A stretch of 64,000 nt of DNA, from assembly GCA_002269645.1 (NCBI GenBank), contig NIVC01000458.1, positions 1 through 64,000 of the forward strand. The letters are read 5' to 3'. The notes under the pieces were generated by a model that was given only the letters and a program-made list of their open reading frames with translations, did not search any database and was not told the DNA's origin. Every line of letters begins with the position of its first letter. Within the stretch, counting starts at the first letter, position 1. Of the stretch, positions 1-25,413 are shown piece after piece. Source of the stretch: Macrostomum lignano (Eukaryota). Made by a program: the position numbers and the translations under genes.

Positions 1-212
1 CGTCATGGACTACTAAAATATTCTCGTCCTTTTTAGCTCGTAGCGGCTTTTTTAAATTACGGACATCCAGCGAAGCGCAGAAAAATAAAAGGACTTTTAA
101 TTGAAGAAAAATGTCATGGGTTAATTCAAGTTTTTTGTTGTGCGTTGTGATTTGTTAATTTTTGTTTATCATGAAAATTCAAAATGTTCAGCTTTCGATT
201 CTCCACTATTCA

Positions 213-3200
213 TCAAGCCCGGATTATGTAAGAATTTGTGGCGGTCTGCGGCGCGGTGTCCTTGGCCAGCAGCTTAACCGGATTGCCCAGCGTCGTATTG
301 TGAGTCGATCTCAGTACCGAAACTCTCAACGGCTGGCGAGATCTGTTAATTTGCCGATATGTTGCGTAAATTGTATTGTAAAGCGCAATTATATATAGGG
401 TTTAATTCAAGTCTGAACCAATGGCTGACTTAAGTAACTCGGCTTCTTTGGAAAGTTAACGCTATTTTTTGTGAAAGGACTCCAGAGATATCATAATTTG
501 CAAATCATGAATAAAAGATTTCTGGTCGAACGGGACTCGAACCAACGACCTTTATCAAGACGTCTGTGGGGCCCTTCAGAAGTTAAGCTATTAATTCAAT
601 ATTGGAAGGATTGCAGCCAGCACACGCACACACAATATTAGAAACACGAGAGGGCAAAGTCCCTGCTTATGCTGTCAGACCCCCCCCCGTCTAGCTGTCA
701 GTTTCAATTAGCATTTTTGGGAGGATTTCGCATTGCTCACGTGATAGTGATTCGGCGCTGGGGCGTCGTCTTTCTTGTCGAGGAAGCGGCCCTCTCTAAG
801 CGGCGCAGCGCCGCGCCTGTCTATGCCGGCGGCGACATTGTAGCTGGCCGGGCCTGCGGGGGGCGGTTGGCTGGTTGGAGATTAATTTGTCACTTCCGGT
901 ATGTTGCAAATCGGGTACTTCGGTTCCAGTTTAGTTTTTTCTGCAATAAATATCTTACTTTCGGTCTAATTTTGGCTCCTCTATCTTCACTTCCGGTTTA
1001 GTTTTGAAGTCACTATCTTCACTTCCGGTTTAGTTTTGACGTCACTATCTTCACTTCCGGTTTAGTTTTGACGTCACTATCTTCACTTCCGGTTTAGTTT
1101 TGACGTCACTCTCTTTATTTACGGTTTAGTTTTGACTTCACTATATTCACTTCCGGTTTAGTTTTGCCTTTATTATCATAACTCAGTGACAACTATTCCT
1201 TTAGTTAGGATTTTTATCGAGCTAAAATTCGAGCTTGCATTTGTTTGCTCACAGTAGGCCAATAATTATCGAAAATCTATTTCCATGCATCGTCACTTCG
1301 GGTTGGAACATAAATTTTTTATGCGATCTGTCAATCAAATCGAGGGATCAAAAAAACACATGTTCAAATCAAATGTTATGCCACATTGCCTATAAAGCAA
1401 TCATCAAGTGTCAATCATATGCAGTTCTCAATGCATACTCATTACTGATCAGCAAAGCAAACACCCAAGCGACTCTCGCTCCCACTGATTGACACCTCAC
1501 TGCTCCAAACTGCTCTCAACTGCTCCCTCTCCGGCAGTTTTTGAAATTAGCGTAGCAACCCACCCGGCATGTCGGGTCTCCGCCGAAGCCGCCAGTCGTT
1601 TTGCCAGCGAATCTGTCGCTAGAGGTGTAGAAACTCTGCCGCTTCTTGGCCGCTTCGTTGCGCGGCCGTAGCCTTGCTGACGATCGTGCAGCTTGTGGAA
1701 GGCCCGGTCGACGTCGTACATCGCCGGGTGCGGCTGCTCGGACTGCGCGGAAGATTGTTCGGGATAGAGAATGTATTGGGTCGCTTGTCCAGCTTTTAAT
1801 AATGACTGTATTACCATAGATATTGATACTTGCGTAAGATGGCTGTACAGTGAGGGGTTGAAGGGGGACAGGGAGTGAGGTGGCTGTGCAGTGAGGGGTT
1901 GAAGGGGGACAGGGAGTGAGGTGGCTGTGCAGTGAGGGTTGAAGGGGGACAGGGAGTGAGGTGGCTGTGCAGTGAGGGGTGCAGAGAGACGGAGTGAGGT
2001 GGCTGTGCAGTGAGGGGTTGAAGGGGGACAGGGAGTGAGGTGTGGCTGTGCAGTGAGGGGTTGAAGGGGACAGGGAGTGAGGTGGGTGTGCAGTGAGGGG
2101 TGCAGAGAGACGGAGTGAGGTGTGGCTGTGCAGTGAGGGGTTGAAGGGGATAGGGAGTGAGATGGCTGTGCAGTGAGGGGTGCAGAGAGACGGAGTGAGG
2201 TGGCTGTGCAGTGAGGGGTTGAAGGGGACAGGGAGTGAGGTGGCTGTGCAGTGAGGGGTTGAAGGGGGACAGGGAGTGAGGTGGCTGTGCAGTGAGTTGA
2301 AGGGGACAGGGAGTGAGGTGGCTGTGCAGTGAGGTTGAAGGGGACAGGGAGTGAGGTGGCTGTGCAGTGAGGTTGAAGGGGGACAGGGAGTGAGGTGGCT
2401 GTGCAGTGAGGGGTTGAAGGGGGACAGGGAGTGAGGTGGCTGTGCAGTGAGGGGTGCAGAGAGGTAGGGAGTGAGGTGGCTGTTCAGTGAGTTGTGTAGA
2501 GAGACAGGGAGTGAGGTGGCTGTGTAGTGAGGGGTAGTGAGGTGGATTAGTGAGTCAGTACCGGTATGCATTCCTCCGAGCTCAATATAAACTAAGTACA
2601 AATAGATAACGTCACCACCGAGTACCCAATAGATTTATCAATTTGTTATAATAAACAGAACGCAAATACGTTTTTGCAGTTGTTAGTTAGAATAATAGAG
2701 ATCCAAAGTAGTGCATTTAGGCAAGATTTTTTGCTAAATAAGTACCAACTAGAAATTTACCAGGATAGTCTAGAAAAAATGCATCTGAAAAGTTCCGATG
2801 GAAACGGATAGATACTATTCTGCTCAGCATCAACAGGAGGGGGCCCGCGGTTGCACTTGAGCATGGCAAGATAGACAGGAAGAATCCTACAGCTCCCCTA
2901 TTGAGCAGGAAATGTCAATTAAAATCCCAGGATACGAATCGGCATTGGGATAACAAAAACTGCATTCAATCAATTGATAAACATCTTTGACTGGCTGGCC
3001 GGGCGTTTCCGCTTTCGAGGCGAAAGATGAGGTCGCGTTCCAGTCTCCGATCAATTTAATTTGGCCGGCTGAATTCGAAAGAGATTATAAAGTTGATCCG
3101 AGAATCTAAAAGTTATTTTTTTCAGTAACAGCCCCGGCAAATTCTATTGGTGATGTCCTGATTTCCTGGAAAATTTCTCCTTGATTGAATAAATAAGAAA

Positions 3201-6200
3201 AAATATAAAAAACAATTTTCCAGAAACCATTTTCACGGAATCCGTGAAAAATGGACTAAGACTGGACTAAGATTTTGTGCGAAATCTCCGGCACAGAGAT
3301 TTCGAATGAGATTTTGATTCTCTCAAATCCATGTATAGTGAGATTTGATTGTCTCGAATCCATGTGGATTGAGATTTGATTGTCTCAAATCCATGTGGAT
3401 TGAAATTTGATTGTCTCAAATCCATGTGGAGTGAGATTTGATTGTCTCAAAACCATGTATAGTAAGATTTGATTGTCTCGAATCCATGTGGATTGAGATT
3501 TGATTGTCTCAAATCCATGTGGATAGAAATTTGATTGTCTCAAATCCATGTGGAGTGAGATTTGATTGTCTCAAATCCATGTGGAGTGAGATTTGATTGT
3601 CTCGAATCCATGTGGATTGAGATTTGATTGTCTCAAATCCATACAGAGTAAAATTTGACTGTCTCAAGTTCATGTGGAGTGAGATTTGATCGTCTCAAAT
3701 TCATATGGATTGAGATTTGATTGTCTCAAATCCATGTGGATAGAAATTTGATTGTCTCAAATCCATGTGGATAGAAATTTGATTGTCTCAAATCCATGTG
3801 GATAGAAATTTGATTGTCTCAAATTCATATGGATTGAGATTTGATTGTCTCAAATCCATGTGGATAGAAATTTGATTGTCTCAAATCCATGTGGAGTGAG
3901 ATTTTGATTGTCTCAAGTTCATGTGGAGTGAGATTTGATTGTCTCAAATCCATGTATAGTGAGATTTTGATTGTCTCAAATCCATGTGGAGTGAGATTTT
4001 GATTGTCTCAAATCCATGTGGAGTGAGATTTTGATTGTCTCGAATCCATGTGGATTGAGATTTGATTGTCTCAAATCCATACAGAGTAAAATTTGACTGT
4101 CTCAAGTTCATGTGGAGTGAGATTTGATCGTCTCAAATTCATATGGATTGAGATTTGATTGTCTCAAATCCATGTGGATAGAAATTTGATTGTCTCAAAT
4201 CCATGTGGAGTGAGATTTTGATTGTCTCAAGTTCATGTGGAGTGAGATTTGATTGTCTCAAATCCATGTGGATTGAGATTTGATTGTCTCAAGTCCATGT
4301 GCTGTGAGATTTTTATTGTCTCAAATCAATGTGGATAGAAATATGATTGTCTCAAATCCATACAGAGTAAAATTTGATTGTCTCAAATCCATGTGGATTG
4401 AGATTTGATTGTCTCAAATCCATGTGGATTGAGATTTGATTGTCTCAAGTCCATGTGCTGTGAGATTTTTATTGTCTCAAATCAATGTGGATAGAAATAT
4501 GATTGTCTCAAATCCATACAGAGTAAAATTTGATTGTCTCAAGTTCATGTGGAGTGAGATTTGATTGTCTCAAATCCATGTATAGTGAGATTTGATTGTC
4601 TCGAATCCATGTGGATTGAGATTTGATTGTCTCAAATCCGTGTGGAGTGAGATTTTTATTGTCTCAAATCCATGTGGAGTGAGATTTGATTGTCTCAAAT
4701 CCATGTGGAGTGAGATTTTGATTGTCTCAAATCCATGCGGAGTGAGATTTGATTGTCTCAAATCCATGCGGAGTGAGATTTGATTGTCTCCTCGCTATTT
4801 TGGCTATAAATTTTAAAAATCCTCATATAGTGTTTAATTATTACATTCAAGTCTCACTGGATTTTCTAAGACACTCACCTTCTCAGCCAGAACGGGATCA
4901 AAATCCCTATTAGTGAGGCTGGCAAACATGCTCGACCGCGGCTGGTTGTACTTTGACTGGAAATTCGGCCGGTCACGAACTTCGTAGCTGGCGGGGCCGG
5001 GCCGGTCTGCCTCCGTCTTGCGCACGAACGGCTGCATTCGCACGGCGGTGCTGCCGAAGGCGCCCTTCTGCGAGGCGCCCAAGAACACCTTCTTCATTGA
5101 ATCCGCTGCCAGCATTCCAGAGTTGACGGTGTACGCGCCCGGGCCCGGCATCAGGCGAACTCCGGAGTCGTCCTGAAATCGAATCGCCGTGTTGCCGAAT
5201 GGGCTCTTTTTTAGATGAGCGCCGGCGCCCCGTTTCAGCGCCGTCAGCGCTGTACGCGGATCCGAGTAGGCGCCCGGGCCCGGCGTGGCCTCCTTGGCCG
5301 AGCCGAATCTGCGGCTTTGAACGCCGAACGGGGGCCGTTCAGCCGAATCGCCATTGGCAACGGCTGCCTCTGACAACGCGCCAACCTGGAGGAGATGAGA
5401 GCGGGATGGGTTGAGGGTGAGATTCAGAGTCGGTAGAAGAGACTAAGAGTCGGGACGAGACCGAGAGTCAGGACGAGAGACCGAGAGAGTCAGGAGAAAC
5501 CGAGAGTCAGGAGGAGAGACCGAGAGTGAGGAGAAAACACCGAGAGAGAGACTGAGAGTCAGGAGAAAACACCGAGAGTCAGAGGAGAGACCGAGAGTCA
5601 GGAGGAGAGACCGAGAGAGTCAGGAGGAGAGACTGAGAGAGTCAGGAGGAGAGACCGAGAGTCAGGAGAAAACACCGAGAGTCAGGAGAAAACACCGAGA
5701 GTCAAGAGGAGAGACCGAGAGAGTCAGGACGAGAGACCGAGAGTCAGGAGGAGAGACCGAGAGTCAGGAGAAAACACCGAGAGTCAGGAGGAGAGACCAA
5801 GAGAGTCAGGATGAGAGACCGAGAGAGTCAGGAGGAGAGACCGAGAGAGTCAGGATGAGAGACCGAGAGAGTCAGGAGGAGAGACCCAGAGAGTCAGGAT
5901 GAGAGACCGAGAGAGTCAGGAGGAGAGACCGAAAGTCAGGGGAAAACACCGAGAGAGAGACTGAGAGTCAGGAGAAAACACCGAGAGTCAGAGGAGAGAC
6001 CGAGAGTCAGGAGGAGAGACCGAGAGTCAGGAGGAGAGACCGAGAGAGTCAGAGGAGAGACCGAGAGTGAGGAGAAAACACCGAGAGAGAGACTGAGAGT
6101 CAGGAGAAAACACCGAGAGTCAGAGGAGAGACTGAGAGTCAGGAGGAGAGACCGAGAGTCAGAGGAGAGGCCGAGAGTCAGGAGAAGAGACCGAGAGTCA

Positions 6201-8472
6201 GAGGAGAGACCGAGAGAGTCAGGAGGAGAAACCGAGAGTCAGGAGGAGAGACTGAGAGTCAAGAGAGACTGAGAGTCAGAAGGAGAGACCGAGACAGTCA
6301 GGAGGAGAGACCGAGAGTCAGGAGGAGAGACTGAGAGTCAGAAGGAGAGACCGAGACAGTCAGGAGGAGAGACTGAGAGTCAGAAGGAGAGACCGAGAGT
6401 CAAGATAGACTGAGAGTCGGGAGCAAGGGATTGAGAGTCAGGAGAAGAGACGGAGCGTCAGAGAAGATATTCAGCTGACCTCATCGAAGTGGCCGCGGAC
6501 TCCGTAAGCGCCGGGTCCGGGCACCGGGTTCCTGGCCGCCTGACGCTCCAGCATCTCGTTGTAGCGCGGCACCCGCAGCTCGGCAGGCGGCTTACCGTCG
6601 CGCACGTTCATGTGCACCACATGGGCGCGCTGCGTCTCGCCACCGATGTCGTAGTCGCCAGGGCCCGGCCCCGCGGCGCTGGCGCCAGATGTGAAGTCAG
6701 CCCGTCTGGCGCGCGATTTTGACCTGAGCAGCGGGTTTGGGAGAGCTGGGTTTACTGGGTGCTGGGGTGGGGACCAGGACAGGTTTCTGGGTTGCTAGGA
6801 TTGGCTTCCAGTTGATAGGATTGGCTTCCAACTGATAGGGTTGGCTTCCATTGATAAGATTGGTTTCCAGTTGATAGGATTGGTTTCCATTGATAGTATT
6901 GGTTTCCATTGATAGGATTGGTTTCCATTGATAGGATTGGTTTCCATTGATAGGATTGGTTTCCATTGATAGGATTGGTTTCCAGTTGATAGGATGGGTT
7001 TCCAGTTGATAGGATGGGTTTCCAGTTGATAGGATTGGTTTCCAGTTGATAGGATTGGTTTCCAGTTGATAGGATTGGTTTCCAGTTGATAGGATTGGTT
7101 TCCAGTTGATAGGATTGGTTTCCAGTTGATAGGATTGGTTTCCATTGATAGGATTGGTTTCCAGTTGATAGGATTGGTTTCCATTGATAGGATTGGTTTC
7201 CATTGATAGGATTGGTTTCCATTGATAGGATTGGTTTCCATTGATAGGATTGGTTTCCATTGATAGGATTGGTTTCCATTGATAGGATTGGTTTCCATTG
7301 ATAGGATTGGTTTCCATTGATAGGATTGGTTTCCAGTTGATAGGATTGGTTTCCATTGATAGGATTGGTTTCCATTGATAGGATTGGTTTCCAGTTGATA
7401 GGATTGGTTTCCTGTTGATAGGATTGGTTTCCATTGATAGGATTGGTTTTCATTGATAGGATTGGTTTCCATTGATAGGATTGGTTTCCAGTTGATAGGA
7501 TTGGTTTCCTGTTGATATGATGGGTTTCCAACTGATAGGATTGGTTTCCTGTTGATAGGATTGGTTTCCAGTTGATATGATGGGTTTCCAACTGATAGGA
7601 TTGGTTTCCTGTTGATAGGATTGGTTTCCAACTGATAGGATGGGTTTCCAGTTGATAAGATTGGTTTCCAACTGATAGGATGGGTTTCCAGTTGATAGGA
7701 TTGGTTTCCAACTGATAGGATGGGTTTCCATTGATAGGATTGGTTTCCAGTTGCTACAGCTGCTGCAGGATTTCTAATTCTAGCTGCCTAGAAAAGCAAT
7801 AATAATATCGCAGTTGAAGCTGCACCAACCAGTGGCAGCCCTTGTAGCCGCCCTCTGAGCCAGCTCCGCCGGACACTCGGTAGAACGCTGGGCCCAGCGA
7901 GGTGTCCCGGTCTGGCGCCGGCTGTTTTACTAGCAGGCCGTGCTCGTTCTCCTCGAAGCCGTAGGCCTGCCCGGGGAACGGGATGCTGGGCGCGTCATCA
8001 ACTCTCTTGAATCGGACTCGGCTGCCGCGCTGCTGATGCTGAGCTGCTGATGCGTCAGATGGCGGAGCCACCTTGATGGCCGCCACCTGCACTGTGTAGT
8101 CAGCCGGGCCGGGGGCCACCTCTCTGGGTAAGTAAATACAAAATTCAAAACGGATTGAATTGAACTACTGATAGTAAAAATATAAGGTTTTTTGTGGCCT
8201 AATCAATAGCTAATCAATAGACATGTAAAATCAATCAATCAATCAGTCAATCAGTCAATTAATCAATAAGTAAATAAATCAATAAATCAATCAGTCAAGT
8301 AATCAATCAATCAGTCAATCAACCAATCAATCAGATAATCAGTCAATTAAACAATCAGTCAATCAGTTAATAAATCAATCAGTCAAATAATTAATTAATC
8401 AATTATTCAATCAGTCAGTCAGTCATCCAATCAATTAATCAATCATTTAATCAAGTAATCAATCAATTAATT

Positions 8473-8508
<36 letters not shown>

Positions 8509-9024
8509 AATCAATCAATCAATCAATCAACCAATTAATTAATTAATCAATCCATCAATCAATCAACCAATTAATTAATCAATCAATCAATCAATCAACC
8601 AATTAATTAATCAATCAATCAATCAATCAATCAATCTAACAATCTATCTATAAATCAACCTACCAATTTTGAATGCAAGCTCCAACACCTCATTAACACC
8701 ATTTTAGCGAAATCATTTGAAATTCAAATCAAACCTGCGCTCCACAAATCGAAGGCTCCGATTAGCCAGCGAGCTTCCGCCAACCACAGCCGACTGGCCG
8801 GAGCCCGACAGCACATTGTACTGCCCGGGCCCTGGCGCCGCCACGATGGCATCGTTCGGTGTGAGGAAGTTGTCCCTAGTGCTCAACGAGTTGAATGGTG
8901 CGTAGCCGTCAGCTCGAATCTTGGTCCGTGCCGGCTTGTCGGTGTCGTAGGCACCCGGGCCGACATGGATGTCGGTGACCGCGTTGCCCTGGAAGCTGAA
9001 GTCCCTGCGCGCCCTGTCGTACAT
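213..9024 (-). CDS. STPG2: Sperm-tail PG-rich repeat protein 2-like (SHIPPO/PGP-x-Y repeats), 7 exons, about 585 aa after correcting three 1-bp indels
   Basis: Exons 9024-8735, 8123-7830, 6723-6480, 5385-4879, 1742-1564, 853-741, 342-213, all with GT/AG ends. The N-terminus MYDRARRDF..HVGPGAYD..APFNSLSTRD..APGPGQYNV matches the recalled STPG2 start. Many PGPG-x-Y repeats follow, and the C-terminus reads VLRSTHNTTLGNP. Frame breaks lie at about 1667, 1575 and 321. Confidence 0.85.
461..535 (-). other. tRNA-derived (SINE-head-like) fragment in STPG2 intron 6
   Basis: Minus strand reads TAGCTTAAC...AAAGGTCGTTGGTTCGAGTCCCGTTCGACCAG, giving A-box-like and B-box/T-arm motifs. No complete cloverleaf is recognisable. 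Confidence 0.35.
981..1167. repeat. 32-bp minisatellite (CTATCTTCACTTCCGGTTTAGTTTTGACGTCA), about 6 copies, STPG2 intron 5
   Basis: Direct tandem copies read from the sequence. Confidence 0.9.
1840..2545. repeat. About 40-bp G-rich minisatellite (GGGAGTGAGGTGGCTGTGCAGTGAGGGGTTGAAGGGGGACA)
   Basis: Tandem copies in STPG2 intron 4. They produce the spurious ORF 1516..2601. Confidence 0.92.
3305..4790. repeat. 31-32-bp minisatellite (GATTGTCTCAAATCCATGTGGAGTGAGATTT)
   Basis: More than 40 tandem copies in STPG2 intron 4. Confidence 0.95.
5430..6450. repeat. 20-22-bp GA-rich minisatellite (GAGACCGAGAGTCAGGAGGA)
   Basis: Fills almost all of STPG2 intron 3. Confidence 0.92.
6795..7752. repeat. 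19/20-bp minisatellite (GATAGGATTGGTTTCCA(G)TT)
   Basis: Fills STPG2 intron 2. It is the source of the spurious METNPIN ORFs. Confidence 0.95.
8225..8640. repeat. (TCAA)n / (TTAA) microsatellite
   Basis: Degenerate tetranucleotide array in STPG2 intron 1. Confidence 0.9.
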
Positions 9025-9942
9025 TGCCTGCGTTGGCTACGCGAGTTTTTGGCGCGCTTTGGAAAATACTTATCTAGCTTAAATTTTGAAGGTATATGGC
9101 CGCATGCAAAATCAGAAGCATCACATGAATAATTTATGGCGCAGATCAAATCGTCTTCTCGAATATTTTAGTCAGTAAGTATAGTTGAAATCTGCTTTAA
9201 ATTATAAAACTAAAGTCATAAAAATACAAATTATTTTATAACATCTAATTTGACGTAAGTATAACACTTCATTTTATTCATAAAACAAAAACTAGATTAC
9301 AATTGTTTAAAATTTCTGGCAACTGAAAACAGAGTCACCGCTACTATATATTTATTTTTTAAGACTCCAATTTCTAAGCATCTCAATATGCAGACAGGAC
9401 TTTGCTTTATTTCAAAAGTATTGCAGCTCAATGAAAAACTCTCAATGAAATTAAAATTGGAATATCTCAGAAAATAAATATATTGTTGTTACCGAGCATA
9501 GTATATTCAACTCACAAAAACATTTTATTCTTGAGTTTAATACATGCATGGGCATTGAATAATTTTATAAATTGACAAGAGCATAAGTTGTGCTGCACAT
9601 GCACAAGAAAATGATAATTTTCTTCACAAAATTTCAAGTAAGGTATGCATTTTAATTTTAAGGCTTTATTAGTGATGCCATGTATAGAATTTTAAGAATA
9701 TGCCCCTTTATTTGACTATTAATAGTAAATATCAGAATGGTATTATATTGTACATCAGTAAGAAAAATATAAAGGAGAATATTATAGCATATTATAGGAA
9801 ATGCAAACTCAAATATGAAGCCATTTTTCTGTTTCTAAAGTCCAATGCCTCCCTCATTTAAAAAATATTACTATTGTGAAGTTAAAAAGGTTGAAACTGT
9901 CAAGAATGCCTTCTGTATACCCTGTCTAAATTTGATACTTTG

Positions 9943-10116
9943 CAGTGGCGTAGCCAGGATTTCCTTCTGGGGGGTCACAGTCAGTCACAGGCTCACAGCG
10001 GCAACAGGGGCAGGGGGTGCTAGGCCTCTGCGACGGGGGAGGGGCCTGAAAATTTGGCCTGGATCAGCCGGCTGCGGGGGTCATGACCCCCATTACCCCC
10101 CTTGGCTACGCCCCTG
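9943..10116. mobile_element. hAT-type MITE, 174 bp
   Basis: TIRs CAGTGGCGTAGCC / GGCTACGCCCCTG. Perfect 8-bp TSD ATACTTTG at 9935-9942 and 10117-10124. Confidence 0.85.
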
Positions 10117-11351
10117 ATACTTTGGAAATCTCCCTGCGATTTGAGTAAAACTTTATACCTGTGAAAAAAGGTAACAATAACCAAAAATAAAATATGCATT
10201 GTAGTAGGTAGCAACAGCTTTTGAATTTGAAGTATTAAGGTAAATTAAATAAATAAAAACTTGTATTTATATATTTATTCTTGCTTTAAACATCTCGGAA
10301 TACTTATATTAATTAATCTGCCACTACTTTTGTTATTGTTTGCAGATTCGTTAAAACTTTAAAACCGGCGACATTAGAACTGGCCTACTTGTAGTCTTGC
10401 ATCACAGCAACGAAATAATTCTCAAATAGTTTCAACTCATAGATTAACAAAATGGCACTATATTATCATATATATGCAGCGGCATACTTTTTCTTCAGAC
10501 GTTTTAAAGACTTACAAACCAGCTGTACTGATGCTCAAACTTATTTATCTTCTTTCCTATCTTTTGAGTGGATTTGCGCTGCTCTAGATACAAAAGAATC
10601 TTAACACATATTTACGTTGAAATAGTTTTACTGCAAACGAACCCTCCTTAGTAAATTTGATTTTTGCGGGCGCTGAAAATACGAGTATAATCAAATACAC
10701 GCAAACGCTACAAGTTCGCATAATTGTACTTGTTTGCGAGTGCAAGTGAAAATACTTTTACATATAGGTAGGAACATTCTGGAAAATATTTTCGAATATG
10801 CTACAAGGGACTGGTTGTACAGTGATAGGGTTTGTAGTTTATTGAGAATATTATTTACCGACACTTTTAGAGGCAAGGTCTACATATAAAGGCTGCTCGT
10901 TAACGTTTGCATGCGCATGTATACATAATATATGAAGCGATATTTTTGTTTGTTTACCATGAAATGGTCAAAATCTAATGCATGAAAATGTACAGCGGCG
11001 CGACTTTATTTTTGTAACTTCTGAAGGTCAGATGTGATAGGAATAGAAAGCATAAAAATGAAATATGATTATCTGACTAATATAGAACACAGAATGCGTC
11101 AATCTGTGTCACGTCAAATTACGAGTGCTTTATTGAATATATCTGTGTTAAATTTCAATGCATTTGAATTTGTGTAGAAGTTTCATGGGAAACTGTACGT
11201 ATATAGAATCAAATACAACACACGAATAATAAAGCTTGTACGCAATTGTAATTATAGCGACGGACTAAAGATAAGCCAGAAAAAATAGCTATGAACTCTT
11301 ATAATACGCATATAGACAATTAAATATTTGGACTGGCCCGGATTGCTCAGC

Positions 11352-24372
<13,021 letters not shown>

Positions 24373-25032
24373 GCGTGCTAGTTCAATAGGAGTACATTCT
24401 ATGGAAGAAAAGTTGTGGGATTCTAAGAGGTAAAAAGCGGTGCTTTATTCCCCGATTTTTATATTTTGTTTTCTAGTTGTAACTTATCGATTGCAGAATC
24501 GATCAATGGCAAAATACGGGTGAGTATAAAACATAAAAAACATGCAACGGAGCATTGAAAATCTTAGAGAACAGAATTTCTATACGCTCGTATCTTTCAA
24601 TAAGTTTATAAAATTACAAAATTACTCTATCCTCAAAAATTAATATCGATACAAGCTTTCTAGGAGCGATTGCTCTAATTGCCGAATCGACATAAGAAAC
24701 TTATAGAGGTATAAAATAGGCAGCTAGACTAATATTATTTACTATTGCTCCACAGCTAGTTCTTCAATATATTTTCTACCGGTTGTATCCTTAGCTTCCT
24801 ACATAAGTTATTTTAAGGCACAGTGATTGCGATCTAGGAAGTGTATGCACGATGAAATTGCCGCAAAATGCTGGGCATGATTTTTAATTAACATACATGT
24901 TGTAGGTTGCGCAAGGACGTTCTTAAGTCGTCCTTTCTTCGCATCCAAAAAATATACAGATCCAATAGACAAAGATACTAGTAAATAAAATGTTTTTCTG
25001 GAAGACAACTACACATAATACGAAAGGCTTAC

Positions 25033-25115
25033 CTCCATTAAAGCTAAGATTGCACACTTTTTTCTCACATGTGCCAACTCTCGCGCAGAGTCCACGCTCT
25101 ATTCGCCATTCAAAC
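25033..25115. promoter_or_regulatory. Putative bidirectional promoter core between divergent TTLL6 and CKS1 5' UTR exons
   Basis: A minus-strand donor GAG|GTAAGC at 25032 and a plus-strand donor AAAC|GTGAGC at 25116 face outward. Matching acceptors lie just upstream of each ATG (24399 on minus, 25408 on plus). Confidence 0.45.
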
Positions 25116-25413
25116 GTGAGCTATCTTTAAGATACCAAAAATAAAAAATAGATGTTGTACCTAAAATAAGACTACTCAAAACATTTCTGAGTTTATTTTT
25201 CTGTAAGCAATGCTTGCTGAAGGCAGAGTTGTTGTACAATAGTTATTTTTTGTTTCAGTGAAATACAACTTCAAATAATTTCAAGCGCGTTTTTTGTGTG
25301 AATTTGAGATCATGTTTCCGAAGCAAGCATTTCTTTAAGACGAGGAGACTATTTTTCACAGTCTGACGTTAGCCTAAGCTATTTATCCCCTGAACAGCAT
25401 TTTTTCAGTTCCA

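Noticed and set aside
461-535. Functional tRNA gene
   Set aside because: Only the T-arm/B-box is convincing. The D-arm and anticodon stem cannot be folded by eye.
2870-3180. Additional STPG2 exon in the unique part of intron 4
   Set aside because: Candidate acceptors lead to stops within a few codons, and exons 4 and 5 already join in phase.
1516-7731. Long ORFs (361, 319, 278, 245 aa) over STPG2 introns
   Set aside because: They are translations of minisatellites lacking stops, and they lie inside introns of a coherent gene model.
24497-24519. Plus-strand mini-exon (ttgcag|...ATGGCAAAATACGG|gtgagt) as CKS1 first exon
   Set aside because: It would be out of frame with CKS1 and lies inside the predicted TTLL6 UTR intron. 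The 25115 donor is a simpler explanation, though this one is not formally excluded.
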